Shown piece by piece: positions 35,264 through 44,801 of a stretch of 64,000 nt of DNA. The number at the start of each line of letters is the position of its first letter. Position 1 is the first letter of the stretch. A program made the position numbers and the translations under genes. Origin of the DNA: an uncultured Candidatus Poseidoniales archaeon (GTDB lineage: Archaea > Thermoplasmatota > Poseidoniia > Poseidoniales > Poseidoniaceae); NCBI GenBank assembly GCA_902605365.1, contig CACLCM010000005.1, positions 3,759-67,758 on the forward strand. The letters are read 5' to 3'. The notes beneath the pieces were generated by a model. That model was not told where the DNA came from. It was given only the letters and a program-made list of their open reading frames with translations, and searched no databases.

Positions 35264-36004
35264 ATGTCAGAGGCATATTTGGTAACTGGTGCATCAAAAG
35301 GTATAGGTCGCTCTATCGCAATTTCTATTGCCAGTTCTGGTAAACCAGTAATTGCATTGGCAAGAAAGAGTCCTGAACTAGAAACGGTTGGCGCAGAATT
35401 ATCAAAATTACATCCTGATTGTATTACAGTCTCTTGTGATTTAGGCGAAAGTGCAGATATTTCAGTTGCTGCAGAAACAATTCGTAATAGATTCAGTCAT
35501 CTATCTGGACTAATTCACAATGCGGGAACAATCAATCCAATTGCCAACATGATGAAAGTTGAAAGAGCAGATTGGGCCCAATCTATCAATGTCAATTTGA
35601 TAGGTGTTCAAGATCTAACAAGTAAATTAGATTCTATATTGGGTGGCACTGCTCACTCAAGGATTACTACAATCTCTAGTGGTGCGGCAAAAAGGTCAAT
35701 TCATGGTTGGAGTGCATATTGTGTCGCTAAAGCTGGACTAGACATGTGGTCCATGTGCATGGCAGAAGAGGGTGCAAACAACAACATTTCTTCAGTATCC
35801 ATCGCTCCGGGAATAGTCGATACTGGAATGCAAGAAGACATTAGAGCATCCGATATCAATTCGTTTCCCTCACTACCAAATTTCATTGGTTATCATGAAA
35901 ATGGTGAACTTTCAAATCCTGACGATGTCGCTGAAAAGTTGCTGCCGTATTGCTTAGGTAATGCTGGTGAAAATGGACAAAGACTTGATGTTCGTAACTT
36001 GTGA
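35264..36004 (+). CDS. SDR-family oxidoreductase (benzil/sepiapterin reductase-like)
   Basis: TGASKGIG, HNAG, ISSGAA and YCVAK (YxxxK). Confidence 0.9.
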   Translation: MSEAYLVTGASKGIGRSIAISIASSGKPVIALARKSPELETVGAELSKLHPDCITVSCDLGESADISVAAETIRNRFSHLSGLIHNAGTINPIANMMKVERADWAQSINVNLIGVQDLTSKLDSILGGTAHSRITTISSGAAKRSIHGWSAYCVAKAGLDMWSMCMAEEGANNNISSVSIAPGIVDTGMQEDIRASDINSFPSLPNFIGYHENGELSNPDDVAEKLLPYCLGNAGENGQRLDVRNL

Positions 36005-36069
36005 GTAGTGGCCCGATTCAATGGCAACGGTCATAAGCCCGAACCACAGCCTGTGGGTTAGGGAGCCAT

Positions 36070-36456
36070 ATGCCAGGAACAACCCGTGTAGAAATTAGAA
36101 CTCTGAAGGTAGGACGTTACTGCTGTGTCGATGACAAAGCGTACAAGATTAATTCGATTTCAAAGTCGAAGCCAGGAAAGCACGGTTCAGCAAAAGCTCG
36201 TATGGAATTAGTCGACATTTTTTCAGGTTCGAAAATCTCCCACGTTGGTAGCGTAACCGATTCAATCAACGTTCCACTTATCGAAAAAGGAACCGCATTG
36301 GTTACCCACGTCGAAGGTTCTGAAGTACACGCAATGAACATGCGTGACCACTCAATGATGATTCTACCTCTAGAAGAAGATCTAGAAATCGAAGGCGGAA
36401 AAGAAATCATGTGGATGGAAGCTCTAGGTCTTTTCAAAATTATTCGTGACCATTGA
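36070..36456 (+). CDS. eif5a: Translation factor aIF-5A
   Basis: KSKPGKHGSAKAR hypusine motif. Confidence 0.95.
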   Translation: MPGTTRVEIRTLKVGRYCCVDDKAYKINSISKSKPGKHGSAKARMELVDIFSGSKISHVGSVTDSINVPLIEKGTALVTHVEGSEVHAMNMRDHSMMILPLEEDLEIEGGKEIMWMEALGLFKIIRDH

Positions 36457-36485
36457 AACAAGACTTTCTGTCTTAGGTGAGAGAT

Positions 36486-38918
36486 ATGGGTGTTAAGAAG
36501 TCTGCATACCGCCAACCGATAACTCCGGAAGGTCTGAAGGCTATCGAGAATGGTACTTTGACTTGGCTCGATGATGAGATGTATAACAATCTCAACACTG
36601 GTGTCTTAGAACAATATCTCGAAGAAAAGAATCTTGAAGAAGCATTTGAAGTTTCACACTGGGATACAAGAAAGGTCCTTTTGGGTATTGCAATCGGTGC
36701 GGTATTCTCTGGAGTAACAGCATATATCGGTCTCAAGCTAGGTCTTGCGATTTCTGCTGCATGGTACATCGCTTATCTTTTGGGAATGGCACTCAAGTGG
36801 TCACCTTCTGAAGTAAACATCGCAACCAGTGCTACCACTGGAGCGACCCATGCATCCACTGGATTCATCTTTACCTTCCCTGCAATTTTCTTGCTAGCGA
36901 CTAAAGAACAATATTTCTTGGCCGATGGTCCCTTGATCACTTTAGCCGCTGGGGAAACCATGCGTTTGGCATTCGTTGGAATTGTCGCATCTATGTTTGC
37001 TGGATTCCTTGGAGTAATGTACTTCATTATTTTCAGACGAGTATGGTTAGTCGAGGACCCACTACCTCTTCCTGGTTTTGAAGCAACTTTGAAAATGCTA
37101 GATATTTCTAGCGATGTAAGTTCTGGTGCAGTAGACCATGCACGTGATTCTCTCAAGACAATTGGAGTTTGGACTTTGCTTACAATGGGTGGTTTGTTCC
37201 TGATTGAATATCCTCTAATTTGGGTGACCACTAAAGCGGGAACTACAAAATTAGCTTTGTTAGATTGGTTAGCAGAAATGGGTACTGGAGATACTTTTGG
37301 TGTCGCATCCTTCTATTCTCATGGTAAAATTCACCAGCCTGGTGAAGTGATAGATGGTAAGGCAGTAGGTCCAAGTCACTACAATGCAGATGCTGCTTTC
37401 AATCCGTTTGATTACACTTACGTTGGTGTTGCATTAACACCCTCAATGTTCGCAATCGGTTGGTTCATGAAAACACGAGTTGCGTTTTTGGTTAACTTAG
37501 GTACTATCGTTGGATGGTTGTTCCTAGTACCTCTTGCAGTCGCGCTAAACGTGCCAGTATTCGAAGCCAAAGTAGGCGGCAATGTTGCAGTGAAAGATTA
37601 CTATCAGATACTGAGCGGAGGCACACAAAACGGTGCAGTCCAGATGATTGCATTCGCCAAGACTGTAAGAACAATTGCGATTGGCTCAATAGTCGGTGGT
37701 GGATTGTTTGGTCTTCTGAAGATGTGGAAAGTTTTCGCAAACATTTTTGCCGATATTGGAAAGGCTCTGAAGGGAGATGGCGGCGACGAATTCATTGAAG
37801 GTAAAGGATGGTATGAATGGCCACTCGCTCATATTCCAATTTTCATGGCATTAACCTTCGCAACCATGATCATAATCTTCGTACTTGGTGGATTCCCAGT
37901 AATTGCTAGTGTTGTATTCGCTCTTGTTCTTATTATGACTACTTTCTTACTGGGAGCAATCGCAGTACGTGTAATGGGTGAAACAGGAATCGAACCAGTT
38001 TCAGGTACATCTTTCATTGTCTTGTTAATGTTGCTTGGAGTATTCCTAAATTTCGACGAGGCTCTGGGTCTTTCAACGCAAGAGGCTGTATTGCTTGGTC
38101 TTGTAGGAACTACAGTCTTCGGTTCTGCTATCTCTATGTCTGGAACTGTTATTGGAGATTACAAAAACAGCCTCTATATTGGAAACAGGCCTTATCACAT
38201 CTCCAAAGGAAACATCATGGGAGTTGTTCCAGGTGCAATCATAGGTGCAGGAGTGGCAATATTCCTATCACGTGAACTGGCTGAAGGAAGAATCGATTTA
38301 ATCGCTCCACAGGCAAACGCATTTGCAACATTCTCAGTCATATTCGCTGAAGGAGAAGGCGACATGATTCTTCTAGGACTTGGATTCCTGTTGGGTGTAT
38401 TCGTTGAATGGGCGACTGGAATGGGTACATCATTCGGTCTTGGAATGTATTTGGATGTCCCACATACACTTCCTATGCTAATTGGTGGTGTTGCTCGTGA
38501 CAAGTGGGAAGAAAAGAAACTCGAACCTAGAATTGAAGCAATCAAGGAAAAAGAAGGCACAGTAATCGCAGAAAAGCAGCGTGCATTGATTCTCTTAGGT
38601 ACATTCATGATAGCCGCAGGTGGGCTGACTGGAGAAGCATTCCTTGGTACTGAGAATTCAATACTAGGGTTCCTTGATGCTCAATGGATGCCGCAGATGG
38701 ACCCTCTAACCGGTCAAAAGATGGCTGACGGTAACTTACAAGGTTTATTCGGAACGGCGGACGGATTCGTTAATTCTACTACATGGTATGCAATTAGACT
38801 TGCTTCTTTCGTTACGATTAATGTATTAGTCGGGCTTGGAATATACAAGTTATTCAAGCGAGCAGGTGTTGTTGGAGGAGGCTCTAACACACAAGATGCA
38901 GAATTGATTGAGGGATGA
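36486..38918 (+). CDS. OPT-family oligopeptide transporter
   Basis: YIGLKLGL, GFIFTFPA, LPLPGFEAT, GETGIEPVSG, DYKNSLYIGNRP and APQANAFA; many TM segments. Confidence 0.88.
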   Translation: MGVKKSAYRQPITPEGLKAIENGTLTWLDDEMYNNLNTGVLEQYLEEKNLEEAFEVSHWDTRKVLLGIAIGAVFSGVTAYIGLKLGLAISAAWYIAYLLGMALKWSPSEVNIATSATTGATHASTGFIFTFPAIFLLATKEQYFLADGPLITLAAGETMRLAFVGIVASMFAGFLGVMYFIIFRRVWLVEDPLPLPGFEATLKMLDISSDVSSGAVDHARDSLKTIGVWTLLTMGGLFLIEYPLIWVTTKAGTTKLALLDWLAEMGTGDTFGVASFYSHGKIHQPGEVIDGKAVGPSHYNADAAFNPFDYTYVGVALTPSMFAIGWFMKTRVAFLVNLGTIVGWLFLVPLAVALNVPVFEAKVGGNVAVKDYYQILSGGTQNGAVQMIAFAKTVRTIAIGSIVGGGLFGLLKMWKVFANIFADIGKALKGDGGDEFIEGKGWYEWPLAHIPIFMALTFATMIIIFVLGGFPVIASVVFALVLIMTTFLLGAIAVRVMGETGIEPVSGTSFIVLLMLLGVFLNFDEALGLSTQEAVLLGLVGTTVFGSAISMSGTVIGDYKNSLYIGNRPYHISKGNIMGVVPGAIIGAGVAIFLSRELAEGRIDLIAPQANAFATFSVIFAEGEGDMILLGLGFLLGVFVEWATGMGTSFGLGMYLDVPHTLPMLIGGVARDKWEEKKLEPRIEAIKEKEGTVIAEKQRALILLGTFMIAAGGLTGEAFLGTENSILGFLDAQWMPQMDPLTGQKMADGNLQGLFGTADGFVNSTTWYAIRLASFVTINVLVGLGIYKLFKRAGVVGGGSNTQDAELIEG

Positions 38919-39847
38919 TCTCAATGAGTCGTACACCACCACTGGTGTGGGGATTACTCGTTGCAGGTGTTCTTGGTGTATCTTCAGCAGGTGCAATTCT
39001 TTCTCATGTTGATGAAATTCCACCTTTGATGCGTGCGTCTTGGCGTCTGCAAATAACAGTCCTAATGCTGTTACCATTCGCAATTTGGCAATATCGCGAG
39101 ATGGATTTGGAGTCAAGAAATCGCCTAACTGAAAAGAAAACAGTGCTGATAATTCTTGGTTCAGGAGTTGCCTTAGCTGCTCACTTTGGTACATGGGTTA
39201 CTTCCTTGGACCATACTTCCCTAGCACACTCTCTACTATTCGTCACCAGTCATCCAATCATTATCGTCGCAGGAACAGCATTGTTGGTTAGAAGACCACA
39301 CAGACTAGAGACGCTTGGAGCATTAATCGGCCTCTTAGGTGCAGGCATCACTCTACTAGATGCCAGCAATGACGGTGAAGTCACTCTTTGGGGTGATATG
39401 CTTGCATTTGCTGGTGCGATTACTGTAGTGGGATACATTGTGGCTGGACGTATACTTCGTGAATGGATGCCGGTATTCATCTATGCAGTACCCGTTACTC
39501 TAATCGGTGGGATTCTTCTAATTCCATTTTCAATAATCATGGGTGAGGAAACTGCAGCATTAGGCTGGATTGAATCAGATTTACTTTCATGGTTCATCCT
39601 GCTGGCCTTCTTGGCAGGTATAGTCGGACACACAGGACTAAACGCATGTTTACGTTGGCTACCACCACTAACGATATCATTTGCAGTAACACTAGAACCA
39701 ATAATTGGAGCTTTCATCGGATGGTTCTTCTTCAGTGAAGGAGTTCCTGGTAAATGGACCTGTATTGGTGGCTCGATTCTGATTCTAGGAATTATGTTTG
39801 TGATTAAGGGGGGTGCAGAGCATGTCATGGATACTTCTAACGAATGA
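38915..39847 (+). CDS. DMT/EamA-family transporter
   Basis: Ten TM segments; HFGTWVTSLDHTSLAHS, GIVGHTGLN and LEPIIG. Confidence 0.88.
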   Translation: MISMSRTPPLVWGLLVAGVLGVSSAGAILSHVDEIPPLMRASWRLQITVLMLLPFAIWQYREMDLESRNRLTEKKTVLIILGSGVALAAHFGTWVTSLDHTSLAHSLLFVTSHPIIIVAGTALLVRRPHRLETLGALIGLLGAGITLLDASNDGEVTLWGDMLAFAGAITVVGYIVAGRILREWMPVFIYAVPVTLIGGILLIPFSIIMGEETAALGWIESDLLSWFILLAFLAGIVGHTGLNACLRWLPPLTISFAVTLEPIIGAFIGWFFFSEGVPGKWTCIGGSILILGIMFVIKGGAEHVMDTSNE

Positions 39848-40748
39848 TGATGGAATAGATGCAACTAGTTTGCAAATACTTGTAGACAGGTTACACGAGA
39901 GAGGTCACAAGATGGTTGTATTCGCTCCAAGCGAAAACAATTCAGCAGTGAGCATGAAAATTTCACTTGGAATACCTTTGACTGTGGTCAACAGAAACGA
40001 CCCGCGAGAAAATGTACACCAGTATGCGATTGGCGGAACTCCTTGTGATTGTGTAATCGCAGCATTAGATGGTGGATTGAAGAAGTTACTACCAGGAATC
40101 ATTCCTAAGTTAGTTGTCAGTGGAATCAATCTTGGACCAAACATGAGTCAAGATGCATACCATAGTGGAACTATGGCTGCAGCACGTGAAGCAGGAATGT
40201 ATGGTGTACCTGCAATCGCATCCTCCTGGTCGTCATTTGACCCAGAGGGTATGGACATCTCTGTTGATGCAACTGTTGGCTTAGTAGAGGCAGCATTAGC
40301 AGTATTACCTGACACTCCTGCAAACCTCAACCGTCCTCATATTGACATTAATGAGCCTCACCTAACTAATTGGCCAAAGGTTTCAGACCGATTGTGGAGC
40401 GATGAGCCAATCAGCGCTTTGCGAAACGCATTTGCAGCAGGAGAGATGTTCCTAAACCTGAATGTCCCACCCGGATGGAGTGGAAAATACAGTTCTACAA
40501 GATTGGGCATGAGATGGTACAGGAATGCTATTACCTTCTCAGATGATACTTCCACATTCAAGCTAGGAGGTTCTAGTATCGATGTAGATGAAGTTGAGCG
40601 AGGAGATGTTGATGCTGACATGGAATGCATGGCTAGTGTCTCTTGTTTGCCTTCATGGCCTCAAACTCACCCCTTAGAGATGGATGTCGACTTGTTAGCA
40701 TGGTCATTAGAGAACAGTCCAGAAGGACTTCCTATCTGGTTGCAGTAA
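39822..40748 (+). CDS. surE: 5'/3'-nucleotidase SurE
   Basis: ILLTNDDG, GGTPCDC, SGINLGPN and SGTMAAA. Confidence 0.92.
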   Translation: MSWILLTNDDGIDATSLQILVDRLHERGHKMVVFAPSENNSAVSMKISLGIPLTVVNRNDPRENVHQYAIGGTPCDCVIAALDGGLKKLLPGIIPKLVVSGINLGPNMSQDAYHSGTMAAAREAGMYGVPAIASSWSSFDPEGMDISVDATVGLVEAALAVLPDTPANLNRPHIDINEPHLTNWPKVSDRLWSDEPISALRNAFAAGEMFLNLNVPPGWSGKYSSTRLGMRWYRNAITFSDDTSTFKLGGSSIDVDEVERGDVDADMECMASVSCLPSWPQTHPLEMDVDLLAWSLENSPEGLPIWLQ

Positions 40749-40801
40749 TTACTCCCAGACTTGGATCATAATCTTGCGTCTTTATTTGATTATGCCGAAC
40801 A

Positions 40802-41146
40802 TTAATGATACCAAAATCCTAAGATGCTACTAAACATGAAAATAATAATTCCAAGAATTACTCCAGGAATAATTCCCAAAGGATATTTGTTTCCATGAGT
40901 TTCGGATTTTCTACTATCAGGTCGCGGTAATGCTAGGAGGAGGAGGGAAAAGGTAGAAACTAGAGCCAAAACTCTCGGATAATGATAGTACGAAGGAGGA
41001 GGTTCACACCCTCCAAAAATATTGAAACAACCATTTGCTGATTCGTTGAAGAAAGAAATGATAGATAGCGGAATAAAAATAATCATAGCAAGGGCGAATC
41101 CGTTGTATCCACCTTTTCGAACTACTTTTATTCGGGTCCGTGCCAT
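40802..41146 (-). CDS. Hypothetical membrane protein (3 TM)
   Basis: AT-rich ORF with three hydrophobic segments. ATG 41146 chosen as start. Confidence 0.55.
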   Translation of the reverse strand: MARTRIKVVRKGGYNGFALAMIIFIPLSIISFFNESANGCFNIFGGCEPPPSYYHYPRVLALVSTFSLLLLALPRPDSRKSETHGNKYPLGIIPGVILGIIIFMFSSILGFWYH

Positions 41147-41245
41147 AATTTTCTTCTCAATCGAATAGGAAATATTCGAATTAATAAAACTGAACCCGAC
41201 TTTTGCAAAGTAATCCGGCATATTCCTAAAAACTTCCAACTTGGA

Positions 41246-41857
41246 TCACAGTTGGAGTTGAATACCTTCATCCAATAAGAAGTGCACAATTGCGATACAT
41301 GTGTGGCCTTGTAGCCATGAACTTCCTAAGCTTCTAGGAATACCTCGCTCGCACTCAAGCGGCTTGTCATCTCCAAGGATAAATCCGATGTCATCAATCG
41401 AGAAATCAGTTGGCAGCACCCCTGAATATAGATTCTTAGAATCCGCATCTAATCTGATGATTGGGCAATCCCATTCATCCAATGTCATGTCCAAATCTCC
41501 TCCTCCATCATAGATTCCTGGACTGCGTTCTACCCAATGTCCACGTGGAGGCATTGGCTCTTTGATGACTGCAGCAATCTTTCCACCGACCGCTCTTTCT
41601 TCAGCATGAACTCCTTTCAATTCATTTGAGACAAACTTGATTCTTCTTGCAGGACCAGGCCCACCAAGTAATATCATCGTGAATTCGACATCTTCTCTTA
41701 TTCCGTGACTTGTGAGTATGGACGACATTAGTGCTCTAACTAGAACATCCATTCGCCCTGCCCCACCTGCCATGTCACTAAGTGGTAACTTACCCTTGGC
41801 CATCGCTCTAGTTCCTACAATGGCAAAGCGGCGCACAAGATCACCTATTGTTCTCAA
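41246..41857 (-). CDS. trmY: tRNA (pseudouridine54-N1)-methyltransferase
   Basis: DMAGGAGRMDVLVR, SHGIREDV, ERAVGGKI, FILGDD and SLGSSWLQGHTCI. Confidence 0.88.
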   Translation of the reverse strand: MRTIGDLVRRFAIVGTRAMAKGKLPLSDMAGGAGRMDVLVRALMSSILTSHGIREDVEFTMILLGGPGPARRIKFVSNELKGVHAEERAVGGKIAAVIKEPMPPRGHWVERSPGIYDGGGDLDMTLDEWDCPIIRLDADSKNLYSGVLPTDFSIDDIGFILGDDKPLECERGIPRSLGSSWLQGHTCIAIVHFLLDEGIQLQL

Positions 41858-43022
41858 TGACTGAACGAATTGCGATGCACATTTCCCTTTCTGTATCTAG
41901 AACGAAGTGAGCACCATGGGTGTCGACAAGCCATCCTCTTGGCTTGTCTTCCTTTCCTAAATCTTCTATTCGGTTTGCAATCGTTGCATTCATTCCTGAA
42001 GTTTGAATCTGTGCTACTGCGCGGTGAACCAAATCCTTCTGTTTGATTCCGCTTTCCAATTTGAAGCCTATTCTAGTGGAGCCTTTGCACAAGTCTTTCA
42101 ATTCCATTATGTGCTTTGCACCCTCTTGTAACTGAATATCTAATTCACCTTGTAGTGATGCTATTTTACCTTCCACCGGTTCAGGAATTACATAATCAAG
42201 AACTGCAGCTGCATGAATCCAGACGTTGATGTCATCCTTTGCTAGTGCTTTTAATTCTGCTAACATTTCATCGGGGTCTGGGCAATTGATTTCCAAAGGT
42301 AACCAGGCTGGGCAATCAACAGTAGTAACTCCACTGACACAAGTGACGTCCATTCCCAAGCGATACAGATAGTCAGCAATCAGGTATCCAGTTTGACCAC
42401 TCGATGTGTTTTGCACATATCGTACATCATCGATTGCGCTTCGTGTAGCCCCAAGAGTAACGACTACTGAAGTAGAGTTTTGGTTGACAAAGTGAGCAAG
42501 CCTAGCAACGATTTCTTCATGATTAGGGGTTTTTCTCTTACCTTCTTCTTCTGCACCCCAAAGTATCTTGACACCAGATTTAGCACACTGCATGACCAAA
42601 TCTTCGGTCACTGGGTCACTGGCAAGGTCATTGTGCATTGAAGGTACCATCATTATTGGAGAGCCACGTCCTCTTGCTGCTGATAGAGCCATCAATAGCG
42701 GGCCATTCATCAGACCGTGAACAAATGATGCGATTAGATTACGAGTTGCTGGTGTTACTAGAACTGCATCAAAATCAGATAAGCCAGATAAATCGCCATC
42801 CCAGTCAGTGATCACTTCACCTTGTGAAGCCCATCTAACCGCTAATGGAGTAATAATCTCTTGAGCTGAAGGTGTCATGATAACAGTGACCTGCGCTCCA
42901 TGTCTGCGCAATTCTCTAGCAAGGCGGACAGTATCGACTGCTGCGATACCGCCTGTAACTCCTAGGAGAATGTGACGGCCCCTTAGGGAGTCGCCACGAG
43001 ACTCAACATCGGTGTCACGCAT
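41841..43022 (-). CDS. coaBC: Bifunctional phosphopantothenoylcysteine decarboxylase/ligase
   Basis: GVTGGIAA, PATRNLI, VPSMH, DDVRYVQNTSSG, AAVLDY and IGFKLES. Confidence 0.9.
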   Translation of the reverse strand: MRDTDVESRGDSLRGRHILLGVTGGIAAVDTVRLARELRRHGAQVTVIMTPSAQEIITPLAVRWASQGEVITDWDGDLSGLSDFDAVLVTPATRNLIASFVHGLMNGPLLMALSAARGRGSPIMMVPSMHNDLASDPVTEDLVMQCAKSGVKILWGAEEEGKRKTPNHEEIVARLAHFVNQNSTSVVVTLGATRSAIDDVRYVQNTSSGQTGYLIADYLYRLGMDVTCVSGVTTVDCPAWLPLEINCPDPDEMLAELKALAKDDINVWIHAAAVLDYVIPEPVEGKIASLQGELDIQLQEGAKHIMELKDLCKGSTRIGFKLESGIKQKDLVHRAVAQIQTSGMNATIANRIEDLGKEDKPRGWLVDTHGAHFVLDTEREMCIAIRSVIENNR

Positions 43023-43096
43023 GTTTGGGCCACAAGCCACTGCTTCAATACGGCTTCGCCGGTTGTTTCAACAACAATTGGCCCCTCGGAGGGGGC

Positions 43097-43672
43097 ATGT
43101 CAGACGCTGATGAGATGATTCTTGCCGGCTCTAGGCCTGCAAAGTCCAATCCTATGGATGACCTCCATTCCAGAACAAGTACCGTACTTTTTGTAGACTC
43201 ACTGATATTTGCATTCCTTGCCTATTCTCTAACACGTGTTGTTGATTTCGCAATTTATCCGGGAATATTCTTCATGGCTGTTTGGTTAGGTTATCGCCAA
43301 AAAGCCGCTTGGGCATACTGGTTCTGTCCAATGGTTATGGGTGGAGTGACGTTAATCTTCTCAATTTTACTTTTTTATAATCTAGCTAATCTGTTCAGTG
43401 CCGGTGGATCATCACTCTTCATGATAGTAATTCTAGCATGGGCAATTTATTCATCGGTTAGGTTTGTTAGAATACATTTCCATCCGGTCTACAAGATGGG
43501 ATACAGTGGATATTCGATTTATGATGAAGGAATAAAACTCGAGCCTAACGAAATGTTAGCAGCTTGCCCGACATGTTTGGCAGTACTGGCAGTAAACCCT
43601 CTAATGCTTTCACCAGAGGACAGATGTCCTCATTGCGATTCGCCACTAGTGCTAAGTCAAGAAGAGGAATAA
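43097..43672 (+). CDS. Four-TM membrane protein with a C-terminal Zn ribbon
   Basis: GGAGGGG RBS; hydrophobic segments; CPTC...CPHC. Confidence 0.75.
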   Translation: MSDADEMILAGSRPAKSNPMDDLHSRTSTVLFVDSLIFAFLAYSLTRVVDFAIYPGIFFMAVWLGYRQKAAWAYWFCPMVMGGVTLIFSILLFYNLANLFSAGGSSLFMIVILAWAIYSSVRFVRIHFHPVYKMGYSGYSIYDEGIKLEPNEMLAACPTCLAVLAVNPLMLSPEDRCPHCDSPLVLSQEEE

Positions 43673-43680
43673 CTTCCTAA

Positions 43681-44706
43681 TCAGCGACTTGCTAGAGTCA
43701 AGTTCTTCCACATGTCTTCTGGAACTTCCATGGCTAGTCTTAGACCACCCATTGCTCCTAAGCGGACTGGGTCATCGACCACGTGAACATTTACTTCTCC
43801 AAGATCGGATAGGCGGCGCTCGATAAGAGCTCCAAGTCCAGCAATACCTGAACCTCCACCTGCAAGAACCATGTTCCTGCGGAATTCGTCATGGAATTCA
43901 GGGTTAGATTCTGCAACTAGTGCTTTCACGTTCTCAACGATTGGGTCAACGATTGATTCACAAGCGTTCTGGATACAATCTGTGATGTCTAGAGTCATGG
44001 CTTTACCTTCAATGGAGAAGTCTACCATAATTGGCTCATCAGGGGTAGATGTTGATACGAAGGAATACTTCTCCTTCCATCGGCGAGCCATGTCCTTGGT
44101 GATTTGAGCACCATTGTATTTCTTCTGTACTTCAACAATAATTTGGTTGTCGACATAGTCACCAGCATATCCTGTGTGCATTTGGTCTGCAGGTCCAGGT
44201 ATTGTACCGTAAACACGGCAAAGGTCAGTAGTTCCTGCACCGATGTCGATTACTAAGGTATGTTCGATCATGTCCAGAGCGTATGCTACAGCGAAAGGCT
44301 CTGAGATAATCATTGCAGCGTTAACTGAACCAGCAGCTGCATCGAAGATAGATGTCTTGTCAACGTGACTTGCTTCAGCAGGTGCACCGATTACAGCAAC
44401 AACTCTGTCGTGGTCTTCAGGGTCTGACAATCCAATCAGGTGGGTGATAAAGTGTGCAATGAATTCACGGTCTTCTGGTGTGTCCTTGATTACACCTAAT
44501 TCAAGCGGTCTGAAAAGGTCAAGAGCAAGTCTGTTTTTTAGCGCTTCTTCGCCAAATAGGACATCTCGCTTCAGGAAATTTCGTGCGATTGGGTCTTTTG
44601 GTGTTCCAATAACTGTTAGTTCCTCTTCTTCGTGACTGTCGCTGGACACCATAACAGAGCGAAAGGTTCCAAGGTCTATTCCAATGTAAAGTACGTCTTC
44701 GGCCAT
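43681..44706 (-). CDS. Actin-like ATPase of the MamK/MreB class (MamK-like)
   Basis: IGIDLGT, GTPKD, SEPFAVAY, DIGAGTTD, GTIPGPADQ..AGDYVD, KEKYSFV, AGGGSGI and LRLAMEVP..W. Confidence 0.9.
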   Translation of the reverse strand: MAEDVLYIGIDLGTFRSVMVSSDSHEEEELTVIGTPKDPIARNFLKRDVLFGEEALKNRLALDLFRPLELGVIKDTPEDREFIAHFITHLIGLSDPEDHDRVVAVIGAPAEASHVDKTSIFDAAAGSVNAAMIISEPFAVAYALDMIEHTLVIDIGAGTTDLCRVYGTIPGPADQMHTGYAGDYVDNQIIVEVQKKYNGAQITKDMARRWKEKYSFVSTSTPDEPIMVDFSIEGKAMTLDITDCIQNACESIVDPIVENVKALVAESNPEFHDEFRRNMVLAGGGSGIAGLGALIERRLSDLGEVNVHVVDDPVRLGAMGGLRLAMEVPEDMWKNLTLASR

Positions 44707-44758
44707 AATACTCGCCTAATTGCTCCATTGGCTGACACCTTATCAATATGCCTCGCTT

Positions 44759-44796
44759 CACAATTGTGCTATGAGTGAAATATAATTCTATATTTC
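44759..44796. promoter_or_regulatory. Two palindromes upstream of the actin-like gene (possible operator or terminator)
   Basis: CACAATTGTG (44759-44768) and GAAATATA-ATTC-TATATTTC (44777-44796). A TATA-like TGATAAG on the minus strand lies ~35 nt before the ATG. Confidence 0.4.
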
Positions 44797-44801
44797 GTGA
44801 C

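Noticed and set aside
43681-44706. Magnetosome island
   Set aside because: No other mam/mms or feoAB genes are present. The flanks are housekeeping genes (coaBC, thiolase).
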